DNA of 64,000 nt from NCBI GenBank assembly GCA_013265495.1, contig MU057847.1, positions 15,875 to 79,874 on the forward strand, read 5' to 3'. Below are positions 23,306 through 37,429 of this stretch, in pieces (the first letter of the stretch is position 1; every line of letters starts with the position of its first letter). A program made the position numbers and the translations under genes. The notes under the pieces are model-generated. The model made no database searches and was not told the origin of the DNA. It worked only from the letters and a program-made list of their open reading frames with translations. The DNA comes from Vicugna vicugna. Taxonomy: Eukaryota.

Positions 23306-26024
23306 AGGTCTGTTAGATCAGGACACCCTTTTTCACAAGAAAAAAATTGCAAGAAGAAAATTTAAAACCAAATACAGCTATGTAGTTAGCAACTACAGAG
23401 CAGGAGAACGACACTTAAGAGCTTGAAGAAGGTCAAAGGCAAAATCTTGTTTCTCTTGCCAAAGCATAAAGCATAGATGATCAAAGTGACTGCAGGTGTG
23501 TTGGCAAGCTTTGGAAACCCAAAACAGCCAGATTCTGAAGCTGGGTAAAAACAATGTGCTTGCAAAACTTCTTCATCCAAGGACAGCCATTTCTACAATT
23601 CAATTGCAACTTTAATTTGGTGCCAGCAAAGGAGCAAATTAACACAGAGAGGAGTTGAGAGCCCTCTGTGGCTCTTTGGCTGTCATAATGTTATCACTTA
23701 GGATCATTTATCTTCAAAGGGAACGGCAGTGAATGAATAAGGATCTTTTTACAAGTTCTTTGATTTGGTCAGAACACCATGTGCAGCAACAAACTTTCCC
23801 GACTTTTATCTAGAAATACCTATAGAAAAAAGGAGACGACAGCTAGAACATGTAATAGACATCTTCATGACACAGAGGGTTTCATGAGCACCCATCAGAA
23901 GGAAATTAATCCTATTGATATGTTCATAGTTCTCAAAGAGTTGTCCTTTTAGAAACAAGGCCTTAGAAGAAGAATCTAAAAGGGGGCTCAGATTGTCCTT
24001 GGAGGTTTAAACAGATAGTGGACCATCATTAGCAGAGTTGTTTTTTTGTAAGAATTCCATGTCGTTCCATCCTAGAAAAGCAACAAGATTGAAGTAATAC
24101 AGTGTGGGATTTGCAAAAGGAAATATTAAAAGATCCTGGGGCACCAATAATGGCACTTGAGAAGAGAGGACATGACAGTATTCCATTCCAGGCTAGGTAA
24201 TCCTTTCACTCAGGGTTGGGTGACATCCGTTTGTAAAAAGCCACTGAATATCCCCAAACTGACTTTTATAAAACAGTAACAAGTGCCTCCTCAATCCTCA
24301 GTAATGCCGTGGAGTTAGGAAGAGTCAAGGGCAAAGCCCTTAGTTTTCTAGCTGGGGAAAAATTGTATGTGTGCAGGATTTGTAAACTCTTAACGTAAGT
24401 GATTTATCTTTTTACCTACTGGTTTTGGACTTCTTGAATATGTTTTTAAATTGAGATATTTTCTAGATTCGTAAAGACTTACATCTTAACGCAGTGCATG
24501 TTCTGTTGAAAGCTCGGCTGATTCATTCTGCCTTATATTGGATTTAGGACCTCAGGGGCAGTAGATGAACTTTTTTTTTTTTCCAACAAAGCTATAGCTG
24601 ACTTGGCAATTGAAGACATCAATCAGATTAGACTGCCTGCAGCAGGAAAAGGTGATTTTAATCCACTAAATTAGTGGGGGGCAACATTTTCATGTGACAT
24701 GATTCATTTCAAACAGTCTTAACTTGATAGTCTGTAGAAAAGTACCCCTGGTAAAGCCAAGGTAGGTGCCAGTCAGTGTGGTTGACCAGAATGATGAGGC
24801 ACGATGTGTGCTCATAACCAGCCTCTTAAGCAACCTGATGTCTGAAGAGTCTATAAAATCTGATTGATTTAAAAGTAAGAGCCATAAGTTGTTTCATTGA
24901 TCTCTTCTAAATCACGTTTAATAGAGGTATGCTAGTACAGGCAAAAGTTCAGCAATGAATGTAACATAGCAGATTATGTTTATTATTGATATGATAATGA
25001 CCAATGAATGATTTGTTGGCTCTCTTATATTCAGTTCCACTTTCAAGTCAGTGACTCTGCCATCAAAACCAGGTCTGGCTTGTCAAATCTGAAAAATCGC
25101 TCCTGGGGTGAGTGCCTTTTCTTCTCTGAGGAGTAGCGGTAACTATTAATGTTCAGCGTACTGTTGTCCGGAGTAGCCTTCTAAATTACTAACAGCTTGT
25201 ATTTTGTCAGACAACTTTTGCTAACCAGGTGTTATTCTCCTCCAGTGAGACCCCGCCTCATTTTTTCATGTTTCGTGCCCTTGAAACAAAGAACATTATG
25301 GGTTTGTAATGGAAAGCAGCTATGCTTGTTTTGAAAAACACACAAAAAAACTCAATCTCTTCTGTCATTTGAGAATTTTTCTTTGCAGAGATTTTAAGCA
25401 TGAAAACAATTTGCTGCTCAGTAACCAGACATAAAAAATAAATTGCAGAATACAGCATGTGCAATTTAAAAAATTGTTTTGTATAATAGAACTGGTGCTA
25501 AGTCACTTCTATATAATATTTTTGTCTCATTTTGTTTGCTAAATACCATCCTGGGACCTAGAAGAAAGTAAAAATACTGGTTTTATGTTTACTTTCTGTA
25601 CAACCTTGGATTTTTGTCTTGGGTAATGCATTCTGGATTTGAGTAAACCTCTTTTTTGTGTGTGTGTGTGTAGGCCTTAAATGAGGAAGAGAACAATTTA
25701 TTCTGAACTTTTCAAATGAATGGCTTAGTAAGGAATGAAATAGAGCCGAAAATATTGTAATCACTTTCTGTTGATTAACATTGTTATTCTTTGTTGTGCT
25801 GTTATTTAAGTGGTGCAAAAGTCTCTTCTCATATCTTTTTTCTATGTCCAATCAAGTAAGGGAGAACTTTAAACTGTGTCTTTTACAATAGGCGTTTCCA
25901 TGTTTTTCCTTGTTATGTGCTGCTGATAGTGCTTTAAGAAAGCTAAAAAAAATCTGTCAATGTGTTTTTGTTCAATTTGTTTGAATTTCTCAGGTAGAAA
26001 GCCATGTAACCTGGTAATTTGGAA

Positions 26025-26226
26025 AATAAAAATACAAATAAATGTATTTTTATTTGTTGGAAGACCATTCAAAATGTTAACTTTTAAATAAATGCTGATA
26101 ATTCCACTTTGGTGGGGGGGATTTCTATCCATAGGAGGCCGCTTTGCACTAATGTTGCTAATCCTTTTCCTCATTTGCATTGTTAGAGAAAATACATATT
26201 TAATTTTCAGATATATTAAAAATAAA
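26025..26226 (+). terminator. Candidate AKAP17B polyadenylation signal cluster
   Basis: AATAAA at 26025-26030, 26037-26042 and 26221-26226 (the last preceded by ATTAAA), ending a repeat-poor, AU-rich ~2.9-kb stretch after the stop. Confidence 0.45.
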
Positions 26227-27991
26227 ATTGTCATAGCAAGTAGAGTCTGTTCATTTACCACATGTATTGGCTAGAAGGTTACACATCTACTGTAACATTT
26301 TCTATGAAAATCTACGTGTCTGGTTTCAATATTGTTTCGATGCAACTTTCCCCTTTATGATGGGAGCTAATGGGAATTGACTCAGTCAGAGCTCATGAAA
26401 CCACGGTTGTATTTTCATTTTGGATAAATTGAAATCCTGATATTTAGACTTAAGACTATCCTCCCTTCTGCAAAGGTTTTTATTAGTTCTGTAAAGGTGG
26501 CAAGACGGACTCCACGGAATTTCATCTCATTCTTTCAGGGCTTGGTGGGTGTCAGTTACACAGTACCCTGTGGGTGTGGGATGGGAGTCCAGCCAGAGGA
26601 GCGAGGGGTGCAATTACCAGTTATTCAAGAGTTAACTGTGTTTTCACATGACATGTATAGCAAACTGCCTCTAAGAATTCTGTAACAAAGGCAGACTGTA
26701 CCTTAGAGGACAATCTAGGCACTTTAGAGCTGAAAGAGTTCATGTTGGGTTCAAAGAGCTCTTTCTGAAACAGCAAGGGCTGTTCTTGCTTGTTCTGGAT
26801 CAAGGATTCACATTAAGTTTGGCCCTCGGAGATAAGGTGAACACAATGTTACGCACAAAAGCCAGAGATACGGCCGACCTGTGGCAGATGCTGCTTCTGA
26901 TCCATAGATGCTGAGACTGAGAACCAAGTATCTGGGCCGGGGCTGGAGGAAAGCAGGTGGGGAGGAAACGACACCTGCCCCACTGGCCTGGTGGTTATAA
27001 CCACCGCTCCCCTCATCTTCTTGAAATATGCACATTGGATTGGAGAAGTTTTTTGGTCCGAGCCCTGCCTTATAGTAATATCCCATTACTTGTAAACAGT
27101 ACAATGTTGATTTAGTTCTGAATGGAGGTGAATCTGGCTGTTTGGGATTGAAGCTTTAACCAGGCTCTGGATGTTTTCCTCTCAGCATAAGACAAACCTA
27201 ATCTTCACTCTAAATGAGACTGCAGGCTGAGGAGGAGGCCCAGTGTCTCTCTCCACCACCTTCCCCCAAAGCATATGGCCTAACAGGCTGCTTGGCACAA
27301 CATAGCTCATGTATCTGTTGAATGAAAACTAGTGGGGGGAAAGGACACATTTTCAAACAACAAAAACAGGCAGTATGGTTTGAGAACAAAAAAACTGGAA
27401 AGCTGTGAGCCCCCTCTGGTTAAGGGAGTACCTCCCTTGTAAGAGAACTGTCAAATTTTAACAGTAAAGTGACAGAACACTAATATTCAGAGTTAATAGG
27501 TTGTCTTTGTTTACACAGCCAACTGTGTGCACAAATCTTATATCCTTCTTTTGACATGAAGTGGATCAACTTTGCTACTCTAAGAATTCAACACATTCCT
27601 GATCAGATGGTACATTACAGCAAAACTCAAACCTGTCTTGGCACCTGGTAACACTTTTCAGTAAAGTTACTCCTTAATAACCTTGCTATAGACCTCAAGG
27701 CAGAGGTCTGCCTTTGAGTTTAGAAAGTTCTGACTTAAAGAGGCAGAATCTGACAAGTCACAAAAAATAAATCCAATTCACTATTTTTTTAACAGGGCAC
27801 GCTGATACTTGGTTTGTGGTGTGAGGCTTCTATGAAGTTCTGCCCCTTTACTTTGTCTCCTTTGGAATACAAAAAAGTCAGTGAAAACTGAAACTGAGTA
27901 TTAAGCCCAGTAAAATGATTGAATCTGGTTCCTTAGATTAAGGCTGAAAAAAAAATAGAGCAACCCACCACACTATACTGGGTAAAACCAT

Positions 27992-27997
27992 TTTATT
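27992..27997 (-). terminator. PGRMC1 polyadenylation signal
   Basis: AATAAA on minus ~1.2 kb after the stop, followed by a GU-rich element (gtgtggtgggttg). Confidence 0.75.
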
Positions 27998-29198
27998 AAC
28001 TGACCAAAGCACTTCATTTTGTTTTCTGATTTGAGGTAAAACCATTAAACACGGTTCACAAGAAAATACAATGACTATTCAACTACAATTACAAGAGTTT
28101 GAAACCTCACTAGTTGTTCATATAATACTTTTACAAATTCATACAACTGTACAGTCTACTTAAGCTAAGTTTATTGTTAACCAAAAGACCAATATCAAAG
28201 ACCAAGACACTTGACTACTATTTTTGCAGTGGCTATAGTTTCGTAACAACAGAAGAATAACTGTTACTTTATGAATATACTTTAAAGACCACTTGGCTAG
28301 CGATGAGAACTGCTTCCTCATTCTTCAGGGCTGTGCGTGAAGGCTCTTAGGAGAGCAATCACCTGTTCCTATTCTGCAAGCCCTTCTCTCAAGTCAGTCC
28401 AATCGTATCAAATAACGATTGCCCCACCATGAACATGAGGGTTGGGAAAATACTCTTATAATTTTCTTCATATATTTAGGTTTTTAGGCAAGCCAGCTGA
28501 TTTTTTTCCAAAGTTTGCTTTGGAATGTTCAGATCCTGTTTAAATCCTCACTGTAGATTACTGTGTTCGTGAGGGCGTCTGAGTGTCCCAGGGAGACAAA
28601 GACAAGAGTGTAGGCTAGAAACCCTGAAAACAGATTTCTCCCACTGGAGCCCAGCTTTGAGATTTCATTTTGTTACTGGACAGCTCTCGCTAATCAATGC
28701 CAAAGCCTTTGGAACACTGCAGATTTGCTGGAGAGGTAGATAAAACAGAAATCACGCAGTTAAGTCAATTGGGAAATAAGAGATTTGCTGTCTTTAGAGA
28801 ACACCATGACTAACAGTTGATCCTTTGTTCCTTGATGCTTGAAGGGCTTTGCACATTTAATATTTTTACCTGTTTGGGGGAAGTACCCACGTCTTATCTG
28901 TCTCTCAGGAAAAACAAATTTAAAGTCAGCCTGTCCTAACTATGAATAGAAGAAAAACAGTAAATAACATTTGTGTTACAGCACTGCAGTTCACTTTCTG
29001 GATTTGTGACACACAAACACATCATGCACTCTAAGACAGAAGTTAGTTGTATCAGTGTCACTAGTGATGTTACTTAAAAAAATTTACAGCGAGTTCAAAA
29101 CTTTGCTAAATATTGAAATCACCATGTTTTAAAGACACACTGGAATGTTACAAATGATTCTGCAAAATACAAAAATAGATATGCTTCCACCGAAGGCT

Positions 29199-29302
29199 TT
29201 AATCATTTTTCCGAGCACTCTCATCTTTTGGTTCTTCCTCATCCGAGTACACGGTGGGCTCCTCCCCCTCCTTCAGCAGTTTGCCCACGTGATGGTACTT
29301 GA
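29199..29302 (-). CDS. PGRMC1: PGRMC1 exon 3
   Basis: cttctag|[38 protein letters not shown]; 104 nt. Confidence 0.97.
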
Positions 29303-29369
29303 CTAGAAGCAGAGAACACAACTGGTCATTCTCCCACTTTATAGGAACTCACTACCCCATTTCATTTTA

Positions 29370-30540
29370 AAGCACTTATTAGAGACCTGCAATCTACACA
29401 GTAACGTGCTGGGCTGCTTGAAGGATACCAAGGTGGTTTATACCACAGTCCCTGCCAACGGGGAATCAGAGCTTTGCTCAGCAGAGAATTATAAAACAGG
29501 TAGCCATGTCTGGCGATGAGTGTCCGAGGTCATGTCAAAATGAGTTGTGTTTGTGTGTACACGTTTAGCAGAGCAAGGGCTTGTTGTGATTGAGCCAGAA
29601 GGGTTGCAGAATGCCTCATGGAAGAAAGCTATGCTTTGGAGAATATGTAGAAGGATTTCGGGAGGGGGGGGATTTCCAGAAAATGCAAATAGCACACACG
29701 AAGGCATGCAGGTGAGACAATGTATCTGGAGAGCAACAAAGAGACAAGTTGGCAGGAGTAGAGTAGGGATAGGGTTGGCCAGCGTGGGGAAATACCGTGA
29801 AAGATGTGGAAAACCAGCCCGAGGAATTTGGGCTTATCTATTAGGTGGCAAAGGGCATTGAAGGTTTATGCCAAAGGAATGACAAGGTAAAATCGTGCTC
29901 TGGGGACAATGGTATCACGGTGTGTATAGGGCAGATTAGTCAGGAGAGACCAGGAGCAGGGTGGCCAGGAGGCCAGTGGGCAGATCTGCACACGAAGGAA
30001 CAAGAGCCAGGAGGAGGAGGGACTGAATAGAGACAGAAAGATATTAGATACTTCAGGGAAAACTGGAGACATGAGTTAACGAAATGAAAACTGGAGATTC
30101 TACAGACCAAAATGGGGACTCTGGAAAAGGAGCCACTCTGGAGGGAGACATGACTGGAGACTTACAACAAGGACTGGAAAAGTGAAATTGGCATTGGCAA
30201 GAAGCAGGTCCCCAGAAACGTTTGAGAAAGAAAGTTCAATGGAATTGTGGGGACAGGACCATATTTTAGGAAGCACAAGAGTGTGGAGAGGAAACAAAGA
30301 AGGGGTCAGGGACAACCACATATTACTAGATGGTTGTCTGACAGTGAAGGGATGGAGTGATGATAGTCTAGTGGATGAAGAGGAGAGCAGGAGACAGAAT
30401 TTCCCCCTCACAACGGGAAAAAGCTATACGGAGTTAAAGGAAGTAGTAAAGGAGGCAGGAGAGCACTGGAGATGTTGGAGGAAAGATTTAAGAGGCAACC
30501 ATAAGAAGGGACGGAGTCAGCAAATGTCCACCGTATTGGC
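29370..30540 (-). mobile_element. Degraded LINE-2 in PGRMC1 intron 2
   Basis: Purine-rich antisense L2-like motifs (aagcacttattagagacctgc...gtgctgggctgc; aggaatttgggcttatcta; gtgaaattggcattggcaagaagcaggtc). Confidence 0.55.
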
Positions 30541-31988
30541 TACATTATTGGGGCAAAGCTAACACAGGGTTAATCATCTCAGTGTCAGAGGCCAAGAGAA
30601 CTCCTCTTTCAGAATATGGGCAGGAATGAGGAGTAACCAACCTGTTTAACCAGGTAACTGGAGCTGCTTTTGTGTGAAATAATCTCCAGGAAAAACTGGA
30701 ACTTCCGTATTTGAACAGATTACAAAGATCCCTCGAGGGCTTGGGACTGTGCAAGACAAAAGGTTGGGTGGTGCCTGAGAAACCTGCCTTAAGGGGAATC
30801 CACACCAGCTCTGAGTGCAGCTGAAGTGTCACAAGTGTTTGGGGCTGGCTTTAGTTTAAGGGGGTGGAAAATACCATGTTTTTTACCCCATTGATGAAGG
30901 CAAGCCCTAGAAAATCAAGCTTTGCAAATTATGAGTTACAACTCCTTAGTTTCATATGGAAGTCTATTGTTACAAAAGCAGCCTGAAGCTGCCAAAAAAA
31001 AAAGGACCATGTTAACTGAATTCTGTTTTCAAAGTAAAAAGACTTGCCGCTTAGACTTGAAAGCTATACTTAAGTTGGCTTAGGATCCAAACTCTTAAAA
31101 GGTAGAGCTGCATCTGGCTAATTATTAATCCAGGACTCTCTCTGAAGTGAGCATTATTATAAAATAAAATGGTTGGATTCAGCCAAAAAAGCCAGTAATA
31201 GTTAACTGATTATAGAGAACAGCAAATAGAAAATGACATTTTCAATGAAAGAACCCCTCTCAAGGAGCTGGTCATGGTTTTTATATACTGTTTCAAAGCT
31301 GGGAAAGATTGTTATTCAAATTCTTAGCAGTGAAACATTGTTAAAGTGATAATTAAACTTAGGTTGGACAAAAGCCAATTCCTCAATTCTCAAAATTTGA
31401 ATTTAATGTTCATCCTTACTAACCACCTCAAGATTTCAGCCCATAGCATAAGGCAGGAAACAAGTGTCTCCTTTTTGCTTTCTTCTTAAAAATGTAGACA
31501 CCATTGTTGCTGGGCAGATTATAAACATCATTGGTAGATGAGGCCTATAGTTAGGCTCAATTAGATTCAAAGAGAAACTGTTTTGTAGAATACAAGTCTC
31601 TCATTCTTCAGCAGAAATGTGGGCTGCTTTTAAACGGCAAGTTCTACAAGTGAGGGCTTATGAAAATCCCTTTCTATAGCCAAGACGGCCACTCTTTCCC
31701 CTGCACATCAAGCACCAAACCCTAGTTTGAAATTTTTGCAAAATTGTAATGTAAAAATGTAAAAACCCAGGTTTCCATAGAGGACTAGCTAAAAACTGGT
31801 ATGAAATCATGGCAAGTGACTCAGCACTGCTGCAATTACTTCAGGCCATGAACTTGATCCGTCCAAGATTCAGGAGCCTATCAGAATGCTCCCCAGTTGC
31901 AGGCTGCTTAGTAATAACTATTGTACTGCCGTGAATCCCACTACTGGTAGAAATTTGACCCAGGCACAATTTAAAAAAAAAAGCTTAC

Positions 31989-32144
31989 AAGTGAACTGAG
32001 AGTCCCAGTCATTCAGGGTCTCCTGCTGGGCAGGAGTGAGGTCAGAAAGGTCGTCGTACTCGTCCTTCAGTGCTTCCTTATCCAGGCAAAACGTGGCAAG
32101 GCCCCTGGATGCATCTCTTCCGGCAAAGACCCCATATGGCCCCT
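31989..32144 (-). CDS. PGRMC1: PGRMC1 exon 2 (cytochrome b5-like heme/steroid-binding domain)
   Basis: tgaaag|[54 protein letters not shown]|gtaagc; 156 nt. Confidence 0.97.
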
Positions 32145-35100
32145 CTTTCAAAACAAAACAAAACCAAAGACCGATTCTTTATTAGACAGTCGATTTCTCT
32201 GTGGTTCATATACAGAAAATGGCTTCCTTATCCATTAACATGGAGAGCCTGCTTTGTGAATATCAAATTCCATTTGGAAACCGTAAGTGATATTGATACT
32301 TTTGATCATCACATAGTGGACACTGAAAGACCGGTTGTCAATTCAACTTTTAAATAACTAAAACTAAATCAAAATGCTGTGCATTATCATTCATTTCTTA
32401 GGATTTTCAAATAGCTAATAAAAAAGCCATAAATGATTATCTCCTGGGTTTGGGGGTGGTTAGTAGGGAATGAGCCAAGATAATGCCGAGCTCATGGGTC
32501 AGAATTCAACTTCTGGACTTTGAATCTGGCTCTGTTCTAGGTACTTGGGCTATGCCAGTGAAAGTTACGGTTTCTGAAGATAAACACTAAGGTGTAAATG
32601 AAAACATCTGTTTATAGATGTACTCTGATACAGTTTAATGAGTCAAAAGTATCTTATAGAGATCTTTGGTTAGGAGACTAGACTGTGTTAAAACAGTAAC
32701 ATGTGGCATCTGCAGGAGAAATCATTTTATAAGAGTATCAGTGCTTCAGAAACCTATTCACAGGTTACATAATCTTCACTGTCGATAAAGAAGAGATGGC
32801 ATAGAGGAAATCACCGTTTTTGGTGGGCTTGAAGAGAAGACTGAAAATACTAAAACTCTCGGGAGCAAAGGCTGAATCAATAACCCAAAATAATTCTATA
32901 AAATATCTGAATGCTATTATACATAACATTATGTTATTATATCTAATATGATACTGAACGTTTGTCTAAGAGAGCAGTGAACCATTCGGTAGGTATTTAA
33001 GTGGATGTTTAGACTTAAATGAAAAAATTCAGTGTACTTTAAACAATGTGTTGTTTCCCCAAAGGTGGATTGAGTAGCAACTCTGACATGATAAACTTTG
33101 TAGGTGACCACTATGCCAAGTATGAGAACAGATCAAGTTTTAATAAGGCCTGGTCACCTGAAACCTCAATCCATCAGGATTTTTTTTTTAGTTTTAAAAA
33201 TTAGATGAAATTTATGATCAATTTTAAAATGCACAGAAGATCCCAAGGAAAAATGGTTGTTTTTAATCAGCATATGCTACCATTTCCACTAAAGAAGGTA
33301 AATAGGCCAACTGTACTGGTCTGGACTTCATCATTTCAGGAATTACAGTCACAGAATATTTAAACAATCTGAGGGGAGCACTAAAAGTCTTTAGAGAACA
33401 TACATATTATTCACCAGAATGTATGCTCATGAGAATCTATGCTCCATGAGCAGAGGATTTGTGCTTGTTTTGTTCACTGCTATATTCCCAGCACCCACAA
33501 AAGTGCCACGCACGCAGTAATAGGCACTTGTATGAATAATTTTTAGGAATCCTTTATAACATGAAGTATTTCCATGTGACATTGTCACATATTTATGGCC
33601 TCATTGGATGACAGTGCAGGGTAGAGACTTAGAGATCTTACAGTGGGGCCATCCTTATTTTAAAGTGGGACAACTAAGGCCCAGAGAGAACAATGCTTTG
33701 CCTCAGGTCACATAGCTGGTCAGTGATCCAACCAGGCTGAGAACTCAGGTTGCCTGACTCCCCGTTTTTTGCTCTATACACCGGCCTACATTCTCTCCAT
33801 GACTTTGCAAACTACAATCATATGATGATGCTCCAGGCACATGCTTCAATTACTTTATGGCGTAAGTCTGTAATAACAGCTAACGGCACAATTATGTTTA
33901 TTGATAATGCCTCTAGGTGAGCTGCTGTAAGTGACAAATATAGGTATGGTTTTCAAATTATTTTGACAGCTACATGCCTACAGAAAGTAGTTCTTCTAAA
34001 TCTTCCACGAGGATAAACTGCTAAGTGGGAAAGTTCATCAAACCTTAGCACATCTAATTTTGATGACTTAGACTGGGAGAGTAAAACAAAGCAGGATAGG
34101 GGATGAAGGCAGATGGTGGTGGTCCATACTTTACCCCCTTCTCCATACCGGTATACACATTCCCTGAGCCCCCTTGTTTTTAGAGGCGTCCATATTGGAG
34201 GAGCTAAAATCTCTTCCTCCTCTGATCCAAACACTCTATAAAGCAGGAATTTCCAAGCCTGGATGCTTCTCGAATTTGCCTGGGGGGGGGGGAGTTAAAA
34301 TGCAGACTCCTGGACCCCCGCCCCCGCCTTCCGTGGTCATGGAGATTAGGCCAGGAATCTATATTGTACTTCAAGCGCATCAGGTGATTTTGATCCGCAA
34401 CCAACCTTGGAAAAGCCTCATCTCCAAGGCCCCTTCAAGCCTGCCCCCTCCAACAGCTCAGCAGTCATCCTCCCCTCATTTCCTCTGGTTGGGTTTTCCT
34501 GAAATCCGCACACCCAGCAGGCTTCATAGCCCAACCCCTTTTGTTTCTCAAGATCCTCCCACTTCTCTCTCCCTCCATTTTATTATTATTATTATTTTTT
34601 TGGCTTCTAGTCCTTTCTCTCCTGCTATAGAGTGTAATACCGTATTGCCTTCTCGTCTTGCCACATTCCTACCGTCCGCTGCATTCAGCTTTTCTCATCC
34701 AGCTCCCTTCCCCCTATGGAACCTCCCTTGTTCACCTCCCAGCTTTCCCCGTCCACCACACACAGCATGGCACACACATACCAAACACATGCCACACACA
34801 TACCTGACACATGCCACATTCCTAGCGCACGCGCGCACACGCATACACACGCCTGACCAGCCACGTACACCGAATACGCACACACATCACTCACCACCAC
34901 GCACAATGCTCCTACCTGCTGCTAATCTCATCTCCGCTCTCCTTCTCCCACACCCTCACTTTCCACCATGGCTACTCCTGGCGTCATCGGCCTTCGCGTC
35001 CCCTCCAAGGCTGGACTTCCCTACCTCCTCCTGCCCATGCCTCCCTTGAGACACCTTCATTTCCTTTCTCCAGCTCGACACCATCCCTTCCTTCCAGGAA

Positions 35101-35149
35101 CCCCCAAACCCGATATCTTCGAAACTCCCCCAACATTGTGCTCTGCTGT

Positions 35150-36250
35150 GTTCCCCGCCCCCTCTCCCAGCCTTCCAGCCTCGCGATCTCACCCACCCAC
35201 CACGGCTTAAGCGCTTCAGCCTTCTTCCTCCACTCCTTTCCTGGCGCTGGCGGTGCGGACCAGGAATCTGCATACCCCACTGGCCCTCAGCCCTTCTAGA
35301 GCGCCTCTAGCCCCTTGCCCGCCCGGGGAGCCGCCCTGCCCCGCCCTCCCTGGCTTACCGCCATCTCCCCACCGCCTCAGGGCGCCCCGTCCCCCCCTCG
35401 CCTCTCCAAGACCCAGCCCCGTGCCAGGGCCCCTTCTTTTGTCTCCGCGGCCCCCCGGCCGGCCGCCGTACCAGGCCCGTAGAACTTGCGGCCTTTGGTC
35501 ACGTCGAACACCTTGCCGTTGATGGCCATGAGTATACGCGGGTCCTGGACGCCGTCGAAGCGCCGCAGCTCGGCAGGGGTGAAGTCGCGCCGCTTAAGGC
35601 GGGGCAGCGGAGGCGGCTCGTCGTCGTCGCTGTCGCTGGCCGCCGGCTGGTCCCCGCGTACGATCTTGTAGAGCAGGAAGATGCAGAGGCCGAGCAGCAG
35701 CAGGTTGAGCGGCGATGTGAAAATCTCATGCAGCAGTCCGCCGCCTTCTAGCTCGCTCGGGTCGGCGCCGGTCGCCGCCACATCCTCGGCAGCCATGATC
35801 GCTGAAGCAAAGGTTGGGCTGGGATAGGGAGGGCTCCGGAACTCGTTTTCTCCTCCCTCTCCGCGAGCTAGTGGCGCGCGGGGCTCGGCGGACAAGGACT
35901 AGCCAGCGGAGGAGGAAGGACCAGGCGGGGCGGGGGCGGACCCAGGGTGGGCGGAGCCTCCTAGCCCCGCCCCTCGCGACCGCTAAAGCTCCCGGCGTTG
36001 CTCAGTCCGGCTCCGCCCAACTCAGGCCCCCCACCTTGCCTCTGGATGGTGGCTCCCCTCCCCCAGCCGGATCTTGCCTCCCCCGCTGCGGAGAGAGCTG
36101 AGTACACCCCTCAGCTCTACCTGCGAGGCCTGGCCCCAGCCTCACGCCATCCTCACGCCATTCTCTAGCTAACTGCGACGCAGCGCGCAGCCCTCCTCCG
36201 CACCCAGTTGCTCCTCGCACACCGCTTGGCTTAGCACGGCCCTGTGTGAG
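35150..36250 (-). promoter_or_regulatory. CpG island / TATA-less PGRMC1 promoter
   Basis: High GC and CpG density over exon 1; clustered Sp/KLF GC boxes (ggcggggcgggggcgg ~35925-35939, gggcgg ~35949, ccccgccc ~35965, tccgccc ~36012). Confidence 0.9.
35472..35796 (-). CDS. PGRMC1: PGRMC1 exon 1 (membrane-associated progesterone receptor component 1; TM helix)
   Basis: [48 protein letters not shown]...[14 protein letters not shown]|gtacgg; 325+156+104 = 585 nt = 194 aa. Confidence 0.98.
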
Positions 36251-37429
36251 GCCCTCTCTGCCACCTGATGCAAGCCAAACACCGACTCAATTCTCACGCT
36301 TCAGGCTTCTCCCCACTTTACATTTCGAAGCCTCATCTTTCCCTGGCCAACCCTTGGGACCACGATGCTCTCTTAGGGAACAGCAAATTCACTCCTTGAG
36401 CTCCTTTGCCATCCCAGAGACCCAGACTACCCATTTTCACTTGGGAATCCCCACTCACGTTCCTTGATAACCCTTCTGCAATCCTACCCCATCCCCATGC
36501 TGTGGGCAGACACCCTGGTATAGCTAAAGTCAGTGCACAGGCCCCATCTGACAACACTCCCAGTAACTGGAGAAATGGATCGGATCGCCCAATGTACTTT
36601 GTGTTCATTATTGGTCCTTTTACAATCACTGATTTGCGCAGTCCCAAAGCATCAGCAACCAACGTTCTGCTGCGCTTTGTTGTTGTTGTTGTTGTTGGCT
36701 CAGAATAATGACCGAAGTTTCTTTCTTTGGTAGAGTTCTTCTATTTGAAGCCGATCGAGGAGGTACCCTTGGCAGTCACAATAACACTGCGCTGGAGCCC
36801 AGAGGAAGGTGGGAGTTTGGAAGGATCCTAGGTTTGGTCCCTTCGTTTCCTCAGTATTTCATCCGGCCTTTGATGTGCTAACCGGCTGCTCCGGAGCGTG
36901 TCTTAGGGAGAAAGAACTGTCTATACCCTTCACAGTCCTAATCTGGCCGCCCTCTTTCTTGTGGCAGGGGGAGGGGAGAGGAAGACAAGATAGAGAGGGG
37001 GAAATAATTAAAACCAAGCCATGCACACATCTGCGGCCCAGAGCAGTACTTTTCCATCAAGGGTTCTGTTCGCTTGCACATAATTTACTCCCCCTCCCAA
37101 CACACTGGAGACTGGAGAGAATTGGCTTCTTACTTCAGAATTCTAAAAATTTCTGGCACAAACTACGTTCATCCCTGCCCCCCACCCCATCTTCTTAAAT
37201 CATTTAAAAGTAAATGAGCTGAACAATCTTTAAATCGGGCCCACACATTTTTTTCTACAGATCTAAAGTTAGGATTAGCTGAAATGGCCTTTCCAGATCT
37301 TTTGTCAAACCTTTTCCATTTAATCAAAGGAAAACAGGCTCAAACTGAGGGCACTCGGCTGTAGTTAGAATCTAATTATCTTTAAAAAAAAATTGTGTGT
37401 GGCCAAGACATTTTTTAAAAAAGCAACAA

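Noticed and set aside
34174..35049. 291-aa + strand ORF in PGRMC1 intron 1
   Set aside because: No ATG start; low-complexity Pro/Ser/His translation across a MER5-like element and CA-rich, pyrimidine-rich tracts; no recognisable domain.
35797..35895. 33-codon in-frame extension upstream of the PGRMC1 ATG
   Set aside because: TTG start in a GC-rich 5'UTR/promoter where stops are rare; MAAED is the known N-terminus.
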